Counted from the first letter of the stretch, positions 1-8,898 are shown. The stretch: DNA of 64,000 nucleotides from Candidatus Micrarchaeota archaeon (GCA_028867115.1 JAGWGY010000001.1:8380-72379); one strand, 5' to 3'. Made by a program: numbers and translations. The notes: generated by a model from the letters alone, not told the origin.

Positions 1-3
1 AAA

Positions 4-294
4 ATGCGACCGGCAAACATATACAGGATATCTAAGGTCAAGAGGATCATAGAGGTCGTAGCCTACGGCTCGCTCATACTCGATTTTGCGATAAGCATAG
101 TGACGCTGGTCTCGATAAACACCAAGACAACCAGCCTTGCGAGCCTGCAGTGGTTCCTGAATGTTGCACTGAGCGGAGTGATAGTGCTAACGACCATACT
201 GTTCCTTACTGTCCTCTTCCTCTCGCAGTACGACAACATAGTCTACGGATTCAGCAAGACTGGGATCAGCATAAAGTACAAGAAGAGGGGCTAG
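4..294 (+). CDS. hypothetical small membrane protein
   Basis: 96-aa ORF with two long hydrophobic segments (VVAYGSLILDFAISIVTLV; VALSGVIVLTTILFLTVLFL); no family recognised. Confidence 0.35.
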   Translation: MRPANIYRISKVKRIIEVVAYGSLILDFAISIVTLVSINTKTTSLASLQWFLNVALSGVIVLTTILFLTVLFLSQYDNIVYGFSKTGISIKYKKRG

Positions 295-337
295 CCGCGA
301 ATTTAGGGGTTTAAATCCTGGCGAAAGCTAAGAATAG

Positions 338-348
338 TTTTAAATACC
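338..348 (+). promoter_or_regulatory. TATA-box-like element upstream of 376..1626
   Basis: GTTTTAAATAC lies 28-38 nt upstream of the ATG at 376; similar (G)GTTTAAATA-like cores precede many first-in-unit genes in this window. Confidence 0.4.
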
Positions 349-375
349 TCGGGAGAGCAATTTATCCAGATATAG

Positions 376-1626
376 ATGGCTAGACGAAAAACCGTGCGCA
401 GGGAGAAGAACGATCGGCTGCTCGTGCTAGCTATAGACATAGACAACGACCTGTACCGCAAGACGAAGATAAGCGGGCCTGTCATGGGCAGGGTCCAGAA
501 CCTCAATGCGGCAAACCAGCTGATACTGGCAGACCCGGAGGACACCGATGGGAACACGATGTTCCAGGCGGTGAAGACGTATGATGATCTCAAGAAGGAG
601 GGCTACTCCGTCAACATAGCGACGATAACAGGCACGGAGAACGAGGGGTATGATGCCGACAGGGAGATCGCGAGGCAGCTCGAGCTCGTCCTCTCCAGCT
701 ACAAGGTGGATGCGTGCGTCTTCGTGACTGACGGCGCGAGCGACAACCGCGTCCTGCCGATAGTCGAGTCCAGGATAAAGATAAACAGCGTAAAGCTGGT
801 CACGATCAAGCAGGCGCGCGAGCTTGAGAACACCTATTTTGTCATGCTAGAGAAGCTCAAGGAGCCCCACTACGCAAGGATAGTATTCGGGATACCGGCG
901 ATACTGCTGCTGCTCTTCGCCGTGAGCTTTGCGCTAGGGCTTGGATGGGAGCCACCCGTTGCGCTTATTGGAATATACCTGGTGATGAAGGGCTTCGGAC
1001 TTGAGGACATGATAGTCGAGTCCTTCAGGGGGTTCGGGTTCAGCATAGACAGGATAAGCTTTGTCTTCTACCTCAGCTCGATGATATTCTTCTTCGCAAG
1101 CCTCCTGATAGCGTACGGAAACTATGCGACCGAGCTTGGCGTGACGAGCTCCCCGCTCCAGCTTGGCGCATACACTATCGAGGGGTTCCTTATACTCACC
1201 CCCATAATGCTGATACTCTACCTTATCGGGAGGATACTTGACGCAAAGAACAGCAGGTACCTGTTCAGGAACTTCAAGTACGGCACTTACATCGGCTCAT
1301 CTGTGATACTATGGGTGCTGCTCTATTCGTTCGTGGCGTGGGTGATAGGTCAGATATACTTCGGTCAGATGCTCGACTACGCGATAGGCGCGATTGTGAT
1401 AGGCATAGGCATCTCTGTCGCTACCGGGATGCTGCGGGTGAAGGCGCTTAGGACAAGGAGGATGAAGGACAAGCTTGTGGTGAACGAGCTAGGCGCACTT
1501 ATCGGGAAGGTTTCCGGAGTCGACATAAGGAGGGGCTCGCTAATAATCAACACCAGCTTCGGCAACCCTATCCGATACAGCGTGGACAGGATTGTTGATG
1601 TCTCTAACAAGGTAGTGATAAAGTAG
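376..1626 (+). CDS. DUF373-like integral membrane protein
   Basis: 416 aa; soluble N-domain (LLVLAIDIDNDL, ADPEDTDGN, VFVTDGASDNRVLP) followed by about 7 hydrophobic helices; architecture resembles archaeal DUF373 family (by eye). Confidence 0.55.
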   Translation: MARRKTVRREKNDRLLVLAIDIDNDLYRKTKISGPVMGRVQNLNAANQLILADPEDTDGNTMFQAVKTYDDLKKEGYSVNIATITGTENEGYDADREIARQLELVLSSYKVDACVFVTDGASDNRVLPIVESRIKINSVKLVTIKQARELENTYFVMLEKLKEPHYARIVFGIPAILLLLFAVSFALGLGWEPPVALIGIYLVMKGFGLEDMIVESFRGFGFSIDRISFVFYLSSMIFFFASLLIAYGNYATELGVTSSPLQLGAYTIEGFLILTPIMLILYLIGRILDAKNSRYLFRNFKYGTYIGSSVILWVLLYSFVAWVIGQIYFGQMLDYAIGAIVIGIGISVATGMLRVKALRTRRMKDKLVVNELGALIGKVSGVDIRRGSLIINTSFGNPIRYSVDRIVDVSNKVVIK

Positions 1627-1983
1627 CTATTTCGGTGCGAAATTCGGGAATAGCTTCTTCCACATCTGACTTACCTCCTTCTGGCCTTCTTCCACCAGCT
1701 TTTCTTTTTCCTTCTCAAGGCGCACGAGATCTTGTGGTGAGTCGCGTATCTGGCCCATGAGCGCCCTGCCCGCCTCGCTGAGCACCTTGACGCTTTCGAC
1801 GCATGAGAACTGCTTCCCCTCCCACGAGTATGTCGGCGTTTCAACAAGCCCGAGCGCGGAGAGCTCGGCTACCGCCTTTCTTGCACTTTTGGAGAGTGGG
1901 TCTACCACCATCGGAGTCTGCAGCACTTTCATCACAAGGTACTGCTGCCCATCTACACCGCTAAGTTTGAAGCTCTTTGGCAT
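1627..1983 (-). CDS. hypothetical protein, winged-helix-like N-domain plus charged coiled tail
   Basis: 118 aa, 4 nt downstream of 1988..2593 on same strand; N-terminal ~75 aa share a helix/GL[LIV] pattern with 1988..2593 and 20808..21158; tail LVRLEKEKEKLVEEGQKE. Confidence 0.45.
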   Translation of the reverse strand: MPKSFKLSGVDGQQYLVMKVLQTPMVVDPLSKSARKAVAELSALGLVETPTYSWEGKQFSCVESVKVLSEAGRALMGQIRDSPQDLVRLEKEKEKLVEEGQKEVSQMWKKLFPNFAPK

Positions 1984-1987
1984 CCGA

Positions 1988-2593
1988 TCACTCGACGTAG
2001 AGAAGCGCCTGGCCCATCTTCACCTCTTCTCCCTTCCCAACGCAAACATCCTTCACCACGCCAGGCCTGTGGGCTTTTATGTTCAGCAGCATCATCATCG
2101 ATTCCACAGTGAACAGCACCTGGCCGACATTTATCCTCTCGCCTTTTGAGACCTTTACCGACTTTATGTGGCCCGGAACCTGGCTTTTAAGTGCGTATTT
2201 GTCCTCGTATGCCATGTCGCGCAGGATCTCACTGAATGGCCTTGCGCAAAAGTCCGGGTTTATTATCTCACCCAGGGTTTTTGATGGGTCGCGATTTAGC
2301 TTCTCCACAACCGCTTTAAGGTCGGTCATGCCCTCCATTATCGAGGACCTCACCCTGTCACCGAGCCTGCTCACGTGAAGCCTCTGGACATTATCCATGT
2401 AGATGCTTGCCCCGCTCCCAAAAGCAAGAAGCCCCGCTTTGTGCAGCTCCTCTAGAGCCTGCGCATAGGGCTCTGCGTAAATGCGCCTCTCGTCCTTCCA
2501 AAACGACGTGCCCGACAGTCCTGCATCCACAAGCATCCCAAGATGGTATCCTGTCAGTTCTGCGGCACTCTCCGGTATCTTTTTTGTCTTCAT
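1988..2593 (-). CDS. winged-helix-like domain fused to biotinyl/lipoyl-type hybrid-motif domain lacking the modifiable lysine
   Basis: 201 aa; C-terminus PGHIKSVKVSKGERINVGQVLFTVESMMMLLNIKAHRPGVVKDVCVGKGEEVKMGQALLYVE follows the BCCP pattern but canonical E-A-M-K-M is E-S-M-M-M. Confidence 0.55.
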   Translation of the reverse strand: MKTKKIPESAAELTGYHLGMLVDAGLSGTSFWKDERRIYAEPYAQALEELHKAGLLAFGSGASIYMDNVQRLHVSRLGDRVRSSIMEGMTDLKAVVEKLNRDPSKTLGEIINPDFCARPFSEILRDMAYEDKYALKSQVPGHIKSVKVSKGERINVGQVLFTVESMMMLLNIKAHRPGVVKDVCVGKGEEVKMGQALLYVE

Positions 2594-2770
2594 CTGCTCC
2601 CCGCGAATAGTCGGCGTTGAGTTTATTTAAAGATGCTCTACAAATTCCGCCTACTTTCAGCTCGCAGTCGGATTGCTCTTTCCCTCTCCTGCGTGCACTT
2701 GGGCAACATCGCTGAGGCAAGGTTTAAATACTTGTTCGGGATATAAAAATGTGCAAGAAGCAATAGCTTC

Positions 2771-3061
2771 ATGCGATACAACAACAGGAACATAGTTCTT
2801 GGCGAGCTCATCGGGCTCAAGGCAAGGGTTGTAAAGTGCCTAGACAGAAAGCAGGTTGGCCTGCAGGGCACGATCATCGATGAGACAAAAAACATGTTTT
2901 TCCTCGAGACAAAACATGGAACCAAGAAGGTTGTTAAAGCGACTGCAACATTCCGGTTTTACGCCGGTGGAAAGTCGTATGTTGTGAAAGGTGAAGAGGT
3001 AAACTTCAGGCCCGAGGAGCGGCTTGAGAAAAGCATGAAGTATTACAGGCTAAGAGATTGA
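2771..3061 (+). CDS. rnp1: RNase P protein component 1 (Rpp29/Pop4)
   Basis: 96 aa; LIGLKARVVKCLDRKQVGLQGTIIDETKNMFFLET Sm-like barrel pattern typical of Rpp29; located immediately before S17 as in archaeal clusters. Confidence 0.8.
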   Translation: MRYNNRNIVLGELIGLKARVVKCLDRKQVGLQGTIIDETKNMFFLETKHGTKKVVKATATFRFYAGGKSYVVKGEEVNFRPEERLEKSMKYYRLRD

Positions 3062-3071
3062 AAGTGATAAC

Positions 3072-3365
3072 TTGGAATGCAGCGATCCCAAATGCGCAAT
3101 ACACGGAGGGCTCAAGACTAGGGGAGCCGAGTTCACGGGGAGAGTTGTAAGCGACCGCGCGAAGAAAACCGCGATCGTGGAGCGCGATTATACGATGTAC
3201 ATGTACAAGTACGAGAGGTACCTCAGAAAGAGGTCGAGGATACCTGCCCACAACCCGGAGTGCATCGACGCTAAGGTCGGGGACGTGGTAAGGATTGCTG
3301 AGAGCCGCAAGCTCAGCAAGACAAAGGCATTTGTGATAACTGCGGTAGTGAAGAAAGCTGAATAG
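3072..3365 (+). CDS. rps17: 30S ribosomal protein uS17
   Basis: 97 aa, TTG start; GRVVSDRAKKTAIVERDY...RIPAHNP...GDVVRIAESRKLSKTK; conserved order rnp1-S17-L14. Confidence 0.9.
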   Translation: MECSDPKCAIHGGLKTRGAEFTGRVVSDRAKKTAIVERDYTMYMYKYERYLRKRSRIPAHNPECIDAKVGDVVRIAESRKLSKTKAFVITAVVKKAE

Positions 3366-3367
3366 GT

Positions 3368-3772
3368 GTGATTATGAAGGCGCTATCCTCAAAAGTATCA
3401 AAGTCGCTCGTTCCTGGGGCTGTGCTCGTATGCGCAGACAACAGCGGCGCGCTTGAGTTCAGGATGATACACATAATAGGAAAGGGAGGAAAGCACGGCA
3501 GGATGGCCTCAGCTGGCGTCGGTGATGTGATATCGGCAAGCGTCAGGAAGGGGACTGCAACATACCTAAAGAAGCCGGTTAGAGTGGTCGTGATAAGGCA
3601 GCGCGACGAGATCCGCAGGCCAAACAACGTTAGGCTGATGTTCGAGGACAATGCGGGAATTATGATAAATGACGACAACCTCCCTGTCGGAACGGAGGTA
3701 AAGGGCGCGATGGCAAGGGAGGTGGCAGAGAGGTTCGTGAAGGTCGCGGGGATCGCCTCGAGGATTGTGTGA
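3368..3772 (+). CDS. rpl14: 50S ribosomal protein uL14
   Basis: 134 aa; VLVCADNSGA...IRRPNNVRLMFEDNAGIMIN; GTG 3368 or ATG 3374 start; GGTG SD-like upstream. Confidence 0.9.
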   Translation: MIMKALSSKVSKSLVPGAVLVCADNSGALEFRMIHIIGKGGKHGRMASAGVGDVISASVRKGTATYLKKPVRVVVIRQRDEIRRPNNVRLMFEDNAGIMINDDNLPVGTEVKGAMAREVAERFVKVAGIASRIV

Positions 3773-3776
3773 TCAT

Positions 3777-4154
3777 ATGTTCATCCAGAGCAGCAAATCA
3801 AGAAAGCAGCGAAAGTTCAGGTACACTGCGCCGCTTCACGTCAGGCAAGGCTTCGTGCACGTCCATATCTCAAAGGAACTGGCTACAAAGCTCGGGATAA
3901 AGAAGAGGACGATAGCGGTCAGGAAGGGAGACACAATCAAGGTGATGGCAGGCGGGCAGAAGGGAAAGAGCGGGAAGGTGAGCAGCGTGAACCTTCGCAG
4001 CGCCAAGATACTCGTCGAAGGGATAGTGCGCAAGAACATGAAAGGCAAGGAGAGCATGATACCGATAAGCTCGTCGAACGTATACCTTACGGAGATAGAC
4101 GCCAAGGACAAGCTCAGACAGGAGATGATCAACAGGTTCAAGTCAGCAAAGTGA
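3777..4154 (+). CDS. rpl24: 50S ribosomal protein uL24
   Basis: KOW motif VRKGDTIKVMAGGQKGKSGKV; ATG at 3777 preferred over upstream TTG 3765 that overlaps L14. Confidence 0.88.
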   Translation: MFIQSSKSRKQRKFRYTAPLHVRQGFVHVHISKELATKLGIKKRTIAVRKGDTIKVMAGGQKGKSGKVSSVNLRSAKILVEGIVRKNMKGKESMIPISSSNVYLTEIDAKDKLRQEMINRFKSAK

Positions 4155-4158
4155 GAAA

Positions 4159-4839
4159 ATGGGAGGAAAAGGAGGAAGTAGACATCTGAAGAGGCTCGCA
4201 TCGCCAAGCTACATGAAGGTGAGGCGAAAGGACTCGAAGTTCATGCTCAGGCCTAGCCCCGGCAGGCACACCAAGGAGGGCAGCATAGCAATCTCAACGT
4301 TCCTGCGCGAGAAGATCGGCGTTGCATCGAGCGCTGCGGAGGCGCGTAAGGTAATAATAGCAGGCAAGGTGGAGATCAACGGGAGGGTGAGGAGGTCTTA
4401 CAAGTACCCGATAGGCTTCGGTGACATAGTCAGGATCATACCTAGCAACGAGAGCTACATAATAGCGGCAGGCAAGTACGGCGCATTCGAGCCAAAGAAG
4501 GTGGAGAAGGACGCCAAGAGGACGCTCAAGGTTGTTGGCAAGTACATCGCAGAGGGCAAGAAGCAGATGATAAGGCTCAACAACGGCAACATATTCAACT
4601 TTGACAAGGAGGTCAAGGTCAACGACTCGGTCATAGTAGACCAGAGGAAGATATCGAAGGTGCTCAAGTTCGAGAAGGGCGCGAGCTGCATCGTGATAAA
4701 GGGGATGCACGCGCCTGAATCCGGCAAGATCTCGGAGATCAAGGAGGGCACAGCGCTCAGGGACGCGACAGTAACGATCCAGGGCAAGGGCGGCTCGTTT
4801 GAGACCATTGTTGAAAACATAATTGTGACAGGTGAATGA
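4159..4839 (+). CDS. rps4e: 30S ribosomal protein eS4
   Basis: 226 aa; GSRHLKRLASP...RPSPGRH...GKVEINGRVRRSYKYPIGFGDIV; archaeal order L24-S4e-L5. Confidence 0.9.
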   Translation: MGGKGGSRHLKRLASPSYMKVRRKDSKFMLRPSPGRHTKEGSIAISTFLREKIGVASSAAEARKVIIAGKVEINGRVRRSYKYPIGFGDIVRIIPSNESYIIAAGKYGAFEPKKVEKDAKRTLKVVGKYIAEGKKQMIRLNNGNIFNFDKEVKVNDSVIVDQRKISKVLKFEKGASCIVIKGMHAPESGKISEIKEGTALRDATVTIQGKGGSFETIVENIIVTGE

Positions 4840-5357
4840 ATATGACCAATCCCATGAGAGAGATAGTTCTTGACAAGGTCGTGGTGAACATAGGGATTGG
4901 ATCAAACGACCAGCTCTTCCAGAACTCGAAGATGCTCATCAGCAAGCTGACAGGCAGGAATGCGGTCGCAACAAAGGCCCGAAAGAGAGACCCTTCCCTT
5001 AACATAAAGAGAGGGCAGGTGATAGGCGCGATGGTGACATTGAGGAAGGGGGCCGCATCAGACATGCTCAAGCGCGCTCTGGACGCAAACAACAACACGC
5101 TCAAGGAGAGGTCGATAATCGACAACTCCCTCAGCTTCGGCATAAAGGAGTACATAGACTTCGCAGGAGTGAAGTACGACCCGAAGATAGGCATGATGGG
5201 GATGAACATCAACGCGAACTTCTCAAGGAAGGGCAAGCGCGTGGAAATGCGAAGGCGCATGCGCGGAAAGGAGGACCACGAGCACAGGCGCGTGAGCAGG
5301 GAGGAGATAACTCAGTTCATGGAGAAGAATTTCGGCGTCAAGATTTCAAACGAGTGA
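4836..5357 (+). CDS. rpl5: 50S ribosomal protein uL5
   Basis: 173 aa; NPMREIVLDKVVVNIGIG...FGIKEYIDF...GMMGMNI; ATGA overlap with S4e stop. Confidence 0.9.
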   Translation: MNMTNPMREIVLDKVVVNIGIGSNDQLFQNSKMLISKLTGRNAVATKARKRDPSLNIKRGQVIGAMVTLRKGAASDMLKRALDANNNTLKERSIIDNSLSFGIKEYIDFAGVKYDPKIGMMGMNINANFSRKGKRVEMRRRMRGKEDHEHRRVSREEITQFMEKNFGVKISNE

Positions 5358-5364
5358 TGATCAT

Positions 5365-5523
5365 ATGGCAATAAGATATGAACTTAGGCAAAGGGGCAAG
5401 GGGATGCGCAAGTGCAAGATATGCGGCGGCTCGCGCGCGCTTATCCGCTCTTACAAGCTCTACGTCTGCAGAAGGTGCTTTAGGGAGAACGCAGAGCGCC
5501 TGGGTTTCGAGAAGCTTTCGTGA
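5365..5523 (+). CDS. rps14: 30S ribosomal protein uS14 (zinc-ribbon type)
   Basis: 52-aa ORF below the ORF-track cutoff, hand-translated: MAIRYELRQRGKGMRKCKICGGSRALIRSYKLYVCRRCFRENAERLGFEKLS; CxxC..CxxC; between L5 and S8. Confidence 0.85.
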   Translation: MAIRYELRQRGKGMRKCKICGGSRALIRSYKLYVCRRCFRENAERLGFEKLS

Positions 5524-5527
5524 TATC

Positions 5528-5755
5528 ATGCTGGGACATAAGATTAATAACGAGGACCTGCTAAAGGAGGAGGAGCTGCGCGCAAGGACCCCTGCAGAGC
5601 TTGAGCAGATATACAACAACTGCAAGAAGGCGCTCAGGGAGGATGCGAAGGCGCAGCTTGGCAACAAGAGCGTTCCTGCAGGCTCTGAGTCAATATCAAA
5701 GATAATGAATGCTGCAGGTAGGATTTACCTGGAGAAGACAGGAAGGGCGATATAG
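5528..5755 (+). CDS. uL29-like small ribosomal-cluster protein (tentative)
   Basis: 75 aa from the ATG 4 nt after the S14 stop, abutting the S8 ATG; EEELRARTPAELEQIY....ALRED...AGRIYLE resembles the L29 two-helix pattern (I-R-x-x-T/S-x-x-E-L ... A-R-I); the ORF-track N-terminal extension from 5378 overlaps S14 and is discarded. Confidence 0.5.
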   Translation: MLGHKINNEDLLKEEELRARTPAELEQIYNNCKKALREDAKAQLGNKSVPAGSESISKIMNAAGRIYLEKTGRAI

Positions 5756-6136
5756 ATGGATCTGCTAGCTGATACAATCAACACGATAAAGGTCAACGAG
5801 AATGCCGGGCTCGCCTCATGCACCGTACGCGACACGAAGCTGATAAAGTCCGTGATCGAGGTGATGAAGAGGAGCGGCTACATAACCGACTACGATGTCA
5901 TAAAGGAGGGCAAGAGGACTGCGATAAAGGTCTCGCTTGCGAAGAAGATAAACGACGTCGGGATAATAAAGCCCAGGTTCGCGGTTGGGCTTGCGGATTT
6001 CCAGAAGTACGAGACAAGGTACATCCCGAGCAAGGACTTCGGGATATTGATACTCTCAACCCCAAAGGGGATCATGACAAACAGGGAGGCAAAGGAGCAG
6101 AGGATGGGGGGCAGGCTGCTCGCATACGTATATTAG
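5756..6136 (+). CDS. rps8: 30S ribosomal protein uS8
   Basis: 126 aa; LADTINTIKVNE...GYITDY...ILSTPKGIMTNREAKEQRMGGRLLAYVY. Confidence 0.9.
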   Translation: MDLLADTINTIKVNENAGLASCTVRDTKLIKSVIEVMKRSGYITDYDVIKEGKRTAIKVSLAKKINDVGIIKPRFAVGLADFQKYETRYIPSKDFGILILSTPKGIMTNREAKEQRMGGRLLAYVY

Positions 6137-6144
6137 TGATATTC

Positions 6145-6669
6145 ATGTTCGAGATCGAGATACCAAACGGCATCGAGGTGCACATCGAGGGCGACATTGC
6201 CACGGTGAAGGGAAAGAACGGAGGCACCACCAAGAAGTTCTCGTCAAAGCTCGTGGATGCAAAGGCGGATGGCAAGAAGATAACCGTTGAGGCGGTAAAG
6301 GAGAAGAAGCTTGCGAGGAAGGCCGCCCTTGCCGCGCACGCCTTCGCGACCGTGATAAAGAACGCGGTTGAGGGCACTGACAAAGGGGTAGAGAAGAAGC
6401 TCCAGATAGTTTCGGCCCACTTCCCGATATCCCTCGAGGTCAAGGGCAAGACGATATTCATCAAGAACATCTTCGGTGAGAGGGTCCCAAGGGAAGTCGC
6501 AATACAGGGGGACACGAAGATAGAGGTGAAGGGTCAGGAGGTGAAGGTAAAGGGAGTTGATATTTACGATGTCACACAGACAATCGCGAACATACGCAAG
6601 GGCTGCTACGCCTGCGGGCACGACACAAGGGTGTTCCAGGACGGGCTCTACCTTGTGAGAGAGGAATGA
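6145..6669 (+). CDS. rpl6: 50S ribosomal protein uL6
   Basis: In-frame ATG 6145 (GTG 6136 possible) within ORF 5818..6669; IPNGIEVHIEGDIATVKGKNG...RVFQDGLYL; upstream part of the ORF overlaps S8 and is spurious. Confidence 0.88.
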   Translation: MFEIEIPNGIEVHIEGDIATVKGKNGGTTKKFSSKLVDAKADGKKITVEAVKEKKLARKAALAAHAFATVIKNAVEGTDKGVEKKLQIVSAHFPISLEVKGKTIFIKNIFGERVPREVAIQGDTKIEVKGQEVKVKGVDIYDVTQTIANIRKGCYACGHDTRVFQDGLYLVREE

Positions 6670-6673
6670 TCAT

Positions 6674-7147
6674 ATGAAGATTAGCAAGAAGAACCACCCA
6701 AGATTCGTTGTGCCAGGATACGGGACAAAGAACAGGTCAAGGATCCCAGACCGATGGAGAAAGCAGCGCGGAACCGACAACAAGAAGAGGGTAGCGCTCA
6801 GCGGATACGGGGCAACCCCGCACATAGGCTACAGGAACAGCGACTCAGTCAGGTTCCTCAGGGCGGACGGCAGCAGGGAGGTGCTTGTGCACAACCACAA
6901 CGAACTCATGGCGCTTACATCCAATCCGAAGGAGATAGTCGTAGTGCTTGCACACGACCTTTCGAGGAGAAAGAGGCTGGAGATGCAGGGCGTGGCAGAC
7001 AAGTTCAAGCTCAGGATAGCAAACAGGACTAAGGCCCCTGAGCCAAAGCCGCAGAAGAAGGCGCCCGCCAAGGCAGAGCAGAAGAAGCCTGATGCTACGG
7101 ATGCTAAGAAGGAGGCAGCGCAGGGCGCTGGAGAGAAGAAGGTGTAG
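6674..7147 (+). CDS. rpl32e: 50S ribosomal protein eL32 with K/A/P-rich C-terminal tail
   Basis: 157 aa; PRFVVPGYGTKNRSRIPDRWRKQRGTDNKKR...YRNSDSVR; tail PEPKPQKKAPAKAEQKKPDATDAKKE. Confidence 0.88.
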   Translation: MKISKKNHPRFVVPGYGTKNRSRIPDRWRKQRGTDNKKRVALSGYGATPHIGYRNSDSVRFLRADGSREVLVHNHNELMALTSNPKEIVVVLAHDLSRRKRLEMQGVADKFKLRIANRTKAPEPKPQKKAPAKAEQKKPDATDAKKEAAQGAGEKKV

Positions 7148-7149
7148 AT

Positions 7150-7641
7150 ATGACGCTTAAATTCGCAAGGAGAGTAGCAGCCCAGATCCTAAAGAGGGGA
7201 GAGAGCGCAATCAGGTTCAACTCGGATGCAACCGAGGAGATAGGCAAGGCGCTCACCCGCGAGGACATCAGGAGACTGGTAGGCGAAGGAAAGATAATCG
7301 CGCTCAAGGCAAAGGACAATGTGAGCAGGAGGTCAAAGATACTGCGCCAGAAGAGGGCCGAGGGAAGAAAGAGGGGTCCTGGAAGGAGAAAGGGAACCTC
7401 GAAGGCAAGGCGCGGCAGCACCTGGGAGAAGAAGGTGAGGTCCCAGAGGATCTTCCTCAAGCAGCTAAGGATGGCGGACAAGCTCGACTCCAAGTCCTTC
7501 AGGAAGTTTTACATGCTGATAAAGGGCAACGCTTTCAACAGCAAGGCGTCGATGCTCCTGCACATGAAAGAGCAGGGGATAAGCGTGAGCGAGGCTGAGG
7601 TTGCCAAGATTAACGAGAACATAAAGAAGATGTATGAGTGA
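7150..7641 (+). CDS. rpl19e: 50S ribosomal protein eL19
   Basis: 163 aa; LKFARRVAAQILKRGESAIRF...RRKGTSKARRGSTWEKKVRSQR. Confidence 0.9.
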   Translation: MTLKFARRVAAQILKRGESAIRFNSDATEEIGKALTREDIRRLVGEGKIIALKAKDNVSRRSKILRQKRAEGRKRGPGRRKGTSKARRGSTWEKKVRSQRIFLKQLRMADKLDSKSFRKFYMLIKGNAFNSKASMLLHMKEQGISVSEAEVAKINENIKKMYE

Positions 7642-7646
7642 TTTTT

Positions 7647-8225
7647 ATGCCAAGGTCAACAATGCAGGTATTGAAGTTCAGGCGAAGGCGAGAGAGCAAG
7701 ACGAACTACGTCAAGAGGCTCGCGCTCGTCAAGGGAAACATGGACAGGATAGTCGTCAGGAAGAGCAACAGGCGCATAATCGGGCAGATCGTCAGGTACG
7801 ACGAGAAGGGCGACGTTGTAAGGTACAGCGCCGACTCAAACGAGCTCAAGGCGATGGGATGGCCGAGCAGGAGCAACAAGCCTACCGCATACCTGACAGG
7901 GATACTGCTAGGCTCAAAGATAAAGGCGGAGGACAAGGGCAGCGAATTCATACTCGACATAGGGCTCAGCTCTCCTGTGAAGGACTCGATACCTTTCGTT
8001 TTCGCGAAGGGATGCATTGAGGGCGGGATGAAGGTCAGGGGCAACATCGAGATAGAGCAGAAGGCGTATGACGCCTCGCTGATTGCAAATTACGCAAAGG
8101 AGCTAAAGGAGAAGGACCAGAAGGCCTACCAGAGGCAGTTCGGCTCGTACATAAAGGAGAATGTTCAGATAGAGGAGATGCCAAAGCTCTTTGCAGAGGC
8201 GAAGCAGAAGATAATGAAGAAGTGA
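7647..8225 (+). CDS. rpl18: 50S ribosomal protein uL18
   Basis: FRRRRESKTNYVKRLALV...RIVVRKSNRRIIGQIV; ATG 7647 preferred (GTG 7638 overlaps the L19e stop). Confidence 0.9.
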   Translation: MPRSTMQVLKFRRRRESKTNYVKRLALVKGNMDRIVVRKSNRRIIGQIVRYDEKGDVVRYSADSNELKAMGWPSRSNKPTAYLTGILLGSKIKAEDKGSEFILDIGLSSPVKDSIPFVFAKGCIEGGMKVRGNIEIEQKAYDASLIANYAKELKEKDQKAYQRQFGSYIKENVQIEEMPKLFAEAKQKIMKK

Positions 8226-8229
8226 TGTT

Positions 8230-8898
8230 TTGGATTACCGCAGATACGATAGAAGGGACAGGGAAGAGGTGAAGTTCAACCCTGAGAACTGGACGCCCAG
8301 GACCAAGATAGGAGAGATGGTCAAGAACAAGCAGATAGTGAGCGTCGAGCAGATATTCGAGAGCGGCAAGCCGATAAAGGAGGTCGAGATAGTAGACACG
8401 CTACTCCCGAACCTCGAGATGAAGGTTCTTGAGGTCTCATCGGTCCAGAGGATGACAAAGAACAACAGGAAGGGCAAGTACAGGGCAACCGTAGTCGTTG
8501 GAGACAGGAACGGCCACGTAGGAATCGGTTCGGGGAAGGACGTAGAGGTCAAGCCTGCTATAGACTCGGCCCTAAAGGACGCGAAGAAGAAGATAATCAG
8601 CATTAACTTCGGGTGCGGGTCGTGGGAATGCAGCTGCGGGACGCAGCACAGCCTGCCGCTCCAGGTGAGGGGCAAGTGCGGAAGCGCGGAGATCAAGCTC
8701 ATGCCGGCCCCGAGAGGAGTCGGAGTAGTCGCAGGGGAGGTTGCAAAGCAGGTTCTGGAGGTCGCAGGGATCAAGGACGTATGGAGCTTCTCGCGCGGAA
8801 GGACAAGGGACATCTACAACATCGCGATTGCAACTTACATCGCTCTAAAGCAGATAAGCAAGCTCAAGAGCATAGAGAGGCTCAAGGCAACCGCCTGA
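8230..8898 (+). CDS. rps5: 30S ribosomal protein uS5
   Basis: 222 aa, TTG start; WTPRTKIGEMVKN...VVVGDRNGHVGIGSGKDVEVKPAI...APRGVGVVAG. Confidence 0.9.
   Translation: MDYRRYDRRDREEVKFNPENWTPRTKIGEMVKNKQIVSVEQIFESGKPIKEVEIVDTLLPNLEMKVLEVSSVQRMTKNNRKGKYRATVVVGDRNGHVGIGSGKDVEVKPAIDSALKDAKKKIISINFGCGSWECSCGTQHSLPLQVRGKCGSAEIKLMPAPRGVGVVAGEVAKQVLEVAGIKDVWSFSRGRTRDIYNIAIATYIALKQISKLKSIERLKATA

Noticed and set aside
4294-4905. 203-aa minus-strand ORF antisense to rps4e (similar: 3313..3678, 6072..6515, 8235..8813)
   Set aside because: It fully overlaps strongly recognisable ribosomal protein genes. The Arg/Leu/Pro-rich or Ser-rich composition is typical of shadow frames.
5378-5527. N-terminal 50 codons of ORF-track entry 5378..5755
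   Set aside because: This part overlaps the hand-identified uS14 gene in another frame. Only the part from ATG 5528 is kept.
5818-6144. Upstream extension of the L6 reading frame (283-aa ORF-track entry)
   Set aside because: It overlaps uS8. The recognisable L6 sequence begins at MFEIEIPNG (6145).
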